Source: Chrysomallon squamiferum (taxonomy: Eukaryota > Animalia > Mollusca). From it: 64,000 nt of DNA. How positions within the stretch are numbered: the stretch's first letter is position 1; the number at the start of each line of letters is the position of its first letter. A program made the position numbers and the translations under genes. The notes beneath the pieces were generated by a model. The model ran no database searches. It worked only from the letters and a program-made list of their open reading frames with translations, and was not told where the DNA came from. The DNA is taken from positions 3,720,001 to 3,784,000 of the forward strand of contig CM022676.1 in the NCBI GenBank assembly GCA_012295275.1. The letters are read 5' to 3'. This document shows, one piece after another, positions 54,782 to 64,000 of this stretch.

Positions 54782-54888
54782 GCATTAATATTTTGTTAAT
54801 AACAAAAATAAATAGAGAAATGAAACAATCAAATATTCTTACCTGTGACCGTAGTTGTAAAGAAAAACCAGCAGAGAAAGGTAACCAT
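52754..54888 (-). CDS. Secreted F-type lectin (fucolectin/F5-8C fold) plus PAN/apple domain protein, copy A; exons 54888-54843, 54296-54081, 53736-53521, 52968-52754
   Basis: Signal-like peptide MVTFLCWFFFTTTVTG; lectin motifs ENVALRKSAKQ, ASRAVDGN, WSVDLG, LCEVEVYG; PAN-like ECGSYC..CRSF..CILY; all introns phase 1 GT-AG. Confidence 0.87.
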
Positions 54889-55215
54889 ACTTTTTATTTC
54901 GTCCAGTGATATATACCTGTTTCTGTTACATATAATATATTTTAGTATATTATATCCACTTATACACTATCCTCTTAAGAAATATCAGTTTTCCTGTAAA
55001 ATAAATTAGTTATGCTATATCCGCTTGTAAGTACATTAACTCACTCGAATAAGAAATCTAGCTCTTTTAGGTCTCTGTCTGTGTGTATTTACATGTAGAG
55101 TATCCACTTTTATTTCGTCCAGCGTGTATTGACAACTATTACTGTGTCTATATACTATTCATTGATGCGTAATTTTTATTGGAATATTGACCTTTCATTC
55201 TTCTTCTTCTTCTTC
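54495..55215 (-). repeat. Left arm of inverted duplication (lectin upstream region, exon 1, part of intron 1); right arm ~60430-61115
   Basis: gagacctaaaaggagctagatttcttattcgagtgagtt and gatctggaatgggaaattcaagaaatatg in the right arm are near-exact reverse complements of 55030-55080 and 54520-54560. Confidence 0.88.
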
Positions 55216-55789
55216 TTCATCATTATTATTCTTTTGTTTTATTTTTACTACAGTATCTTTTCTTAACATGTACATTGTTTCCAGAGAGTCAGCGATTAAA
55301 GAATGTTTCCTGTTATTGTTTAGATTCATATAAATGTAGTTATTCTGCGTTGTCTGTGTATAACCTGTATACATTCAGATTGTTTTATTTATCTGTCTGT
55401 CTATTTGGCTCTTTTATATGTTATGATATTTTATTATTACTGTTCATTATCAACGATCGTATGCTGATCTTTGTAATAAAATAACAGCATTCAAAAAATT
55501 AAAGAAATTTACAACCAGAATTAGCATGCGTTAAATAGTAAAACAGATAGCTAAAAATATAAATAAATAAAATAATTAACACGTCTATGTACGAATATTA
55601 TTCATCAAATAGTGGTAGTGGTAAGTAAATATTTTGTTAATTACTTTTTTTCTGGACATTTTACATTTTACATTATGCTTGTCTATTTCTTAGAATATTA
55701 TAAATTTGCCTTACTGGTCATATGAAATGATTTGTGTTTCATTATCTTGTTTCAGCATCAATAGATAAATAAGCAGTTATATAGATAGA

Positions 55790-55827
<38 letters not shown>

Positions 55828-56000
55828 AAAATAAAGATAAAACAAAGATAGATAAACAGACAAACAAATATTTATGAAAAATTAACATTCTCTTGCAATT
55901 TCTAACCTACTGCATCTGATGAAAAGATATTTTCTTTTTCTTTGTTATTATTATTATTATTATTATTATTTTACATTACATTACATTACATTACATTATA

Positions 56001-56400
56001 TTATATCCACTTACACAACGACCTTTTAGAAATCTCAGTTTTCCTGTAAAATAAATTAGTTATGTTATATCCACTGTTAGTACACTAACTCACTCAAGTA
56101 AGAAATCTACCTCCGTTTAGGTATCTGTGTTTTATATACTTATCAGTTATATAGTATCCACGTTTGCTTTGTCTAGTGTATACTGAGTACTATCACTGTA
56201 GCTACAGGCTTGTCATGGATATGTACTCTCTATTGATATATTGACTTTGCAATCGTCTTCTTCATTATTATTGTTCTTTGATTTTATTTTCCCCCACAGT
56301 ATGCTACTTGCATTCTTACTTAGTACGTATATTGTTTCATGAGTGTCAGCGTTTGAAAAATGTTTTCTAAATTTGTTTAGATTCATGTAAAACGTAATTA
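56001..56400 (-). repeat. Third, more diverged copy of the lectin upstream module (direct repeat of ~54950-55350)
   Basis: tatatccactta..cagttttcctgtaaaataaattagttatg..taactcactc..aagaaatcta recurs at 54951 and 56002. Confidence 0.82.
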
Positions 56401-56687
56401 TTATGAATTGTTTGTATATAGTCTGTGTTTATTCATATAGTCTGTGTTTTATTTATCTCTGTCTCTAAGTCTGTCTATCAGTTTGTTTGTTTTTTATCTA
56501 TATATTTGTCTTTCTGTCTGTCTGTCTCACTGTGTGTCTATCAATTTATTTGTTTCTTGTTATTTATTTATTGTTTGTTTGTTCATTTGTTTGCTTGTTT
56601 GTTTGTTTTTTGTTGTGTTGTTTTTATTGTTTGTTTTATTATTTACTGTTCAGGCTTAGTTACAACGACAAAAGATTACAGCTGAAA

Positions 56688-56880
56688 AATAACTGTGCAC
56701 CGCCATCTTGTTCTAATTCGTGACGTCATTATGAGACTCCTTTGTTTACAAATATTTTTTGTTTTGTTAATGTTGCCAGAAAAATACATCTATCAATGCG
56801 TTATGTACGTTGTGACGTCACAGTTCCTGGTTTCAAATGTTATGTAACAATACCATATTTTATTATTACTGCTTATTATT
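56688..56880. promoter_or_regulatory. Duplicated CRE-containing module (inverted copy at ~59885-60085)
   Basis: TGACGTCA at 56721 and 56813 is mirrored by 60043 and 59956; the flank caaatgttatgtaacaataccatatttt is shared in inverted orientation. Function is inferred. Confidence 0.55.
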
Positions 56881-58452
56881 AACGATCAAATGCTGATCTT
56901 AGTAATAAAATAATGATATGAAATATTAAAGAAATTTAATTTGTTTGAACAGAAAGTGATTATTTGTTCCAAGAGAAGCAAAGTCAAGGTCACTGAGGCA
57001 TTATGGCCCTTGTGAGCATAAAGTGACGTTAAATTTTAAAACGGAGGGACACGTCAAAGGCCAAATGCCAAACAGGTGGATCTTGTTATTTTGACGTCAT
57101 AGCTCAGGCAACGTTGTATCACGTGATAAAAACACTTTGACATACGCCGATAGCTTATGACGTAAGAAATCTAGAACAAACGTAACGTACGCGGTCAAGG
57201 TGAAGGTAAACAACAAGGCAGACAACTCATGATTCATAATTACGTGTCCAAAACATAAATACATTTTAAATGATTAATCGAGTCAAGAGTGTCTGCGAAT
57301 ATTGACGTCACTTCTTTCAGGATTTTACAAAATGACAAAGATTTTTCTTTTCTTTTCTTTTTTTTCTTTATAAAACTTTCTTCGCTGTTATAGTTGAGGA
57401 TTTTAAAATACACGTAAGTTCACTTACGAAGAATTACGTTATCGTTGTATATTGTTTTCAATTCATATGCACATTCGATCGTCTGCTTACATGAACGAAA
57501 ATATCAAGTTATGCCCGGATGTACTTTATTGATCGCTTTGTTTCATTTAATAAAACTACGAGATTTTGAGAGGCTTCGCATGAGTGCCTTGTTTGAATTG
57601 GAAATTAAATAAAATGAAAATGAGAGAGAAGAATAAAAATCGTTATTTGATTTCGATGTTTAAAAAAACCCCCTCCATAAAACAACTACAGCAAATAAAT
57701 AAATAAATAAATAACACAGAAAGATACAAATACTGTTTGAACATTAGCATATTTAAACTATAAGCGACAAAAAATATAATGCCCGCCATTGTTGTGTATA
57801 TGATGTCATTTAATAATACCATCCCACCTTTAGTTGTAAGTCCTTTAACTATTTACTCTGACGGTACTTGTAATTAAACAAATTAACTAAATAAATAAGA
57901 TAATAATACTTAATTTAATAATTAGCTTAGAAATATATCATTTCAAATCCTTCGCATGCGCGTCCCAATCTGGGTAACAGATTTTGGACATTTTGGACAT
58001 TTTACATTATTATTGTCTACCTCTTAGAATATTAGAACTTTGGTCACGTGACAGCGTTTGTGTTTCGTTATGTTGTTTGAATATTTATAAGCAGTTATAT
58101 AGACTGACAGACAGACAAACAGGAAGAAGACAGACAGACAGACAGAAAGATAGATACAAATTGTTTTCCCGGTCAGTTAAGTAAATAAACATATTTTAGA
58201 CATTTCAACATTAAAAACAAGCGCTTATAAAATACATATATATTGCCTTTAAAATATTTATGATGAATTGATATTCTCTTGCAATTAAGAAACTACTGAA
58301 GCTAACAAAAATATATTTTTATTTATTTTATTTTTTATTTTTTAACACAATAAAGCCATATAACGTTTGGAAAAACAAACAAAAACAGAAAAACATTATT
58401 GACTTTATCAGATTTGAAGCAAATAACTATATTTGTAATTAATACATTTATT

Positions 58453-58513
<61 letters not shown>

Positions 58514-58578
58514 AGAATGGGTTGATATCAGTTCTATTTTATTAATTTATGACAATAAATGATAAAAAAATAAAATAA

Positions 58579-58623
<45 letters not shown>

Positions 58624-58884
58624 TAGTAGTAGTAGTAGTAGTATTGTTGTCGTTGTTGTTGTTGTCGTCGTTGTTGGCAGGAATCGATAAATCGATATTT
58701 GAGAAAAACGATAGAGTCTTATGTAATTGAAAAACATATTCAGAGCATTGATTTGGAGTGTGCTTGATAAAATGAAAAGTGCATTGTAGAAGATCTTTTA
58801 ATTATTATTTATCTTTTCAGTTAAAGTCTACCTTTGATTGTAGCGTCAAATATAGTATAAAATAAATATCGTGCATTAAGTAAA

Positions 58885-58961
<77 letters not shown>

Positions 58962-59134
58962 CGGATTCAAATCGAACAGTTTGTTATCTTCAGAAGTTAT
59001 TAACAAAATAAAAAAAAAAAAAAAAAATTAATCAATAACATTTAACATATTTCTCTTCAATGTGTGCATAATAATATAATAGAAGCTGCCTGAATTCTGT
59101 GATGTCAAGGTGCAAGTGGATGCAACATAAGTAA

Positions 59135-59179
<45 letters not shown>

Positions 59180-59240
59180 CAGAGATCTCGAGATATTTCA
59201 TCGACGTGGGGACTCAAGTTAAAATCTCACAAATAAAATT

Positions 59241-59289
59241 ATGGATGTTTTACTTTGTTATATTTTTCTTATAGCTACTGTCGTCACAG
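59241..59289 (+). other. Additional signal-peptide first exon (alternative or orphan exon 1 of lectin copy B)
   Basis: atctcacaaataaaattATG..GTCACAG|gtaagaatattt, the same context as exon 1 at 60784; encodes MDVLLCYIFLIATVVT(G); phase 1, compatible with exon 2. Confidence 0.7.
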
Positions 59290-59317
59290 GTAAGAATATT
59301 TTATTTTTATGTTAACG

Positions 59318-59431
<114 letters not shown>

Positions 59432-60783
59432 TATTTTCGTTATATTAGTAGTCGAAAATAATAGATGCATGCTGGAATATATGTGTGTATGTATGTATAT
59501 ATATGAATGTATATATGTACGTACGTATTCATGTATGTGTCTGTACGTCAGGGTGTCTATATGTGTATGTATATGTATATTTGCATGTATGTATGCTCTA
59601 TGTATATCTGCATGTGTGTTTGTATATGAGTTAGCGTGTCTGTGTATATATGTGTATATAATAATTATTTTAGAAAATCTCGGTCGAGATCCCCAACTTT
59701 TACGATCCTGTCACCGGGTCCAGAACATTAAACATCTTGGATGTTTCATTAAAACTCGGTCTAGGTTAAAAAGGATCTTCAATGGCCAAATAACAAGGAA
59801 TTTAAAAGTTAAATTGACAGTCATCTGTATAAATCAATAATTCTCTCTATCCAGTAGAGAAATAAACAGTAGATGATCTTATAGTAATAAACAGTAATAA
59901 CAAAATATGGTATTGTTACATAACATTTGAATCCCGCCATAAAACCAGGGCTGTGTGACGTCACAACGTACATAAATGACTGCCATACGTATTTTTTCTG
60001 ACAACATTAAAAGAAACATTTAGAATCAAATGAGTGTCGCGGTGACGTCACGAATGAAAACAAAATGACGGTGCATAGTTATTTTTATACTGTAATTTTT
60101 TGTTTTCGACAGACGCAACAATATGTAATAAAACTAAAAAAAAAAAATCAAAAAAAAAATCAAACAAACAACAACAGAGAAACAACCAAGAAAACAAACA
60201 CAACAAACATTAAACAAATAAACAGACAGACAGACATACAAACTTACAGACAGAAACATAAATAAAACAACCTGAGTGCATACAGGTTACACACAGACAA
60301 CTCAGAATAACTACATTTATTTGAATGTAAACAATAACAGAAAACATTGACACCCTTGAAACAATGTACATATTAAGAAAAGATACCGTTGTAAAAATAT
60401 AACAAAAGAACAATAATAATAATGAAGAAGAAGAAGAAGAAGAAGAAGAATGAAAGGTCAATATTCCAATAACAAATACGCATCTATGAATAGTATATAG
60501 ACACAGTAATAGTTGTCAATACACACTGGATGAAATAAAATTAGATACTGTATAAGTAATATGCAAATACACACAGACAGAGACCTAAAAGGAGCTAGAT
60601 TTCTTATTCGAGTGAGTTATTGTACTTACAGGCGGATATATAGCATAACTAATTTATTTTACAGGAAAACTTGTATTTCTTAACAGGTTAATGTGTAAGT
60701 GGATATAATATAGTAAAATATATTATATGTAACAGAAATAGGTATATCTCACTGAACGAATGAAGATCTCACAAATAAAAATT

Positions 60784-61180
60784 ATGGTTACTCTTCTCTG
60801 CTGGTTTTTCTTTACGACTACTGTCACAGGTAAGAATATTTGATTGTTTCATTTCTGCATTTATTTTCGTTATTGACAAAATGTTAATGCTATTTCTTTC
60901 TTTTTTTCTTCTTCTTGTTTTTTTGGACCATTTATTTTTTTATTTATTTTAAATTATTACTTAATTCGTTACTAATCATTCTAAATGTTTATTTCGTTTG
61001 TAATTTGATTAAGGTTGATATTATTCGATGTAAGAGCGGATCTGGAATGGGAAATTCAAGAAATATGTTAAAATTCCCCATTTCACAAAAACCAATATTA
61101 GTACTATTATTACTGGCATCTTCATCGTCATCATCATTATTATCAGCATCATCGTAATAATCGTTCTGGCTGTCTTTTCG

Positions 61181-61251
<71 letters not shown>

Positions 61252-61736
61252 ATGTATTTGTTGTTATCATCGAATTATTATTTTTACAATTATTAGTCAT
61301 GCCATCTATCATCAACGTCGTCATTCATCATCATCTTCATATCTGTATTTTTACAAATGTATTCTTCAGGTTTTGAAAATATTGCTAAAGGCAAATACGC
61401 AACGCAGAGTTCAACGGTCGGAGATGCTGTTGCTTCGAGAGCCGTGGACGGAAACACAAACCCCTATTTAGACGGCGGTTCTTGCTCTTCGGCTTCTGAA
61501 ACTAGGGACGGAATGTTCTGGTGGCGTGTTGATCTTGGGTACAACTATTACATAAACAGGATCAGAGTAACAACTAGTAAGAACGGTAGGTAATCAAAAT
61601 GGAAGAAGGGAATGGAAACAATTATTCAGACGGGTGAAAGGGAATTTTGAACATTTTGAAGTCAGTGTATAAATAAATATATGTGAAATGATGTAGAATT
61701 CCAAAAAGTGCCATAACTTATTTATTTATTTATTTA

Positions 61737-61788
<52 letters not shown>

Positions 61789-61862
61789 TTACTGAACCTA
61801 ACCTTCTGCTATCTATCTATCTAACTATCTATCCTTCTGTCCTTCTATTGATCCATCATCTA

Positions 61863-61934
<72 letters not shown>

Positions 61935-61953
61935 TCCCTCTCCCTCTCCCTCT

Positions 61954-62043
<90 letters not shown>

Positions 62044-62367
62044 TCTCTCTGTCTGTATATACACACACACATATAAAGGTTTCAAAATGGAATTTGTTCC
62101 TTACAAAAGCAAAAGCAAAAATATATTTTACTTACATTTACTTACAGGTCCACCGTTACCAAAACTTTACATCACAGTTCTGACCATCGAGAAGAAATAT
62201 GAAGTGTTCTACACTAAGCCGGGAAATCTCTCTGTCGGCGAGGTGGTGGACGTTGTAAAGGAAACGTTAACGCAAGCTAGATTTGTCTCCATAGCTCATG
62301 CCGTCACTGACAGTCCCGTGAATTTGACTCTGTGCGAGGTTGAAATCTTTGGTTCTGTAGAACGTAC

Positions 62368-62413
<46 letters not shown>

Positions 62414-62466
62414 CTATTTATTTATTACTGCAGTAAGTTTTGAGCTATGAGTATTTAGCAGAAAGG

Positions 62467-62533
<67 letters not shown>

Positions 62534-63146
62534 TAGTCAAGTCTTTAAGATAAGAACTGTTATCAATGAAACAAAATAGTTCAGAGTGAGCTTATAAAAC
62601 ATATTTTAATCTTACCTGCAGTTTTCTTATACAGTATTTTTAAGGGAAGAAAAATAAATATAGAAACATCAAAAATCATAATAATTTATCGATGAATGAA
62701 TGAATAATGAATGAATGATGAAATAAACCGATAAAAAAAAAAAAAAAAAAAAAAATTAAATAAGGAAATAAAAATAAATAAATATATAGATAAATAAATC
62801 AGTAAGTAAGTCAGTAAGTAAATAAATAAAGTAAATAAATAAGCAAGTAAGTAAAATAACGATTAAAACATCAGTTCGGGTATTTACATATTAAACAAGT
62901 CGAAAGTATTTTTTTTTTTTTTTTTGTTAAACAGGACATCTTCATTTGGACTCAAAACGAGGCGCCTCGAAAGAACTATTACGTCACAGCAGCAGATCTA
63001 TAATAGAATGCGGAGCTTTTTGTATCGCGAAACAAATATGTCGTTCGTTTCTATGGCAACATTCAACTAAAGAATGTATTCTGTACTCGGACTTTCCCAC
63101 AACAACATCGGCAGCCGACAAATTCGTTGGTTTTGTAATGGGATAA
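60784..63146 (+). CDS. Secreted F-type lectin plus PAN/apple domain protein, copy B; exons 60784-60829, 61370-61585, 62148-62363, 62935-63146
   Basis: MVTLLCWFFFTTTVTG; ENIAKGKYATQSST, ASRAVDGN, WWRVDLG, LCEVEIFG; ECGAFC..CRSF..CILY. The first three exon lengths (46/216/216) equal those of copy A. Confidence 0.87.
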
Positions 63147-64000
63147 AGATATCAAAACGTCGCTTTTTGATGACGTAATCAATTGTGCTGACGTAACGCT
63201 ATTGTGTCGATAGTTCAGACAATAAAACGTGGTATCCTTAAGCAAATTTCAAGTCTTAATCGAATCAAGATTTGGGACAGGTTATTATTTATTTATTTAT
63301 TTCAAAATTGTATTCAAAGACGACATGACAACAATTATGTTCTAATATTTAATGTGTTTAATACAATTATGATGTTCGTTTGTTTGAAATTACATATTAT
63401 ATAAACATGTATGCAAGAAGAAGAAGAAGAAGAAGAAAGAGGAGGAGGAGGAGAAAGAACAATAAGAAAAATAAAACAACAACAACAAAAACAACAACAA
63501 CAACAACAACGAGGGGATAAAAATCAATTAAAAGAATCAACAAAAGAATGACGGATCAATGGTTGAACAAATGAGTGTATGAATGAATGAACGCTTAAAG
63601 GAACCTTAACACACTCTTAACATCAGCAGCAATTAGATTCCAGTCAAACAATTTTTATCTGTAACTTGAATTAAAAATTTGTTACAATTATTCCACGAGT
63701 TACTCTTATCTTGGAGCAGCAACAAGATTTCATGTACACCTTCTCATAAACAGCAAAGTAAAACATTTAAAAATTATTTATGTACGGCTGTTTTATCTGT
63801 AAACAGCCGAATCGTTTTATCTTTTTTTTTTTTTCTTTCTTTGGTCTAGTGAACAATTTATGTCTTAGTAATCGTTTCAATCATTAACCTGAGCATGTAG
63901 ATCGCATCATTGAGTTTGCTTAGGTCAATGATCTTTTCGATATTATCATTACAAAATACGTGAGTCTGAAACAGATCGATTAGTTTGATGCCTTAGTATT

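Overview
AT-rich, microsatellite-dense, intron-containing animal DNA; gene families and repeat style suggest a mollusc or other lophotrochozoan (inference). Most short ORFs in the track are microsatellite artefacts. Genes reconstructed by hand from splice sites and frame: (1) the 3' three coding exons of an invertebrate D2-like dopamine receptor (11131-22101, +); (2) a head-to-head pair of single-coding-exon, membrane-anchored FkbM-family methyltransferases, one intact (30445-31437, -) and one with a ~94-nt deletion and frameshift (33030-33931, +); (3) a RING plus coiled-coil TRIM-like gene (35644-36957, +); (4) HAUS5, 17 coding exons (39443-49676, -), with a U12-type intron and two apparent 1-nt homopolymer frameshifts; (5) a head-to-head inverted pair of secreted F-type-lectin/PAN-apple genes (52754-54888 -, 60784-63146 +) with duplicated upstream modules, an extra signal-peptide exon and a 68-nt identical tract. 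The most unusual element is a 53-bp tandem array giving nine copies of the receptor's TM3 splice donor, with eight units each holding a stop-free, frame-preserving 39-nt AG..GT cassette.
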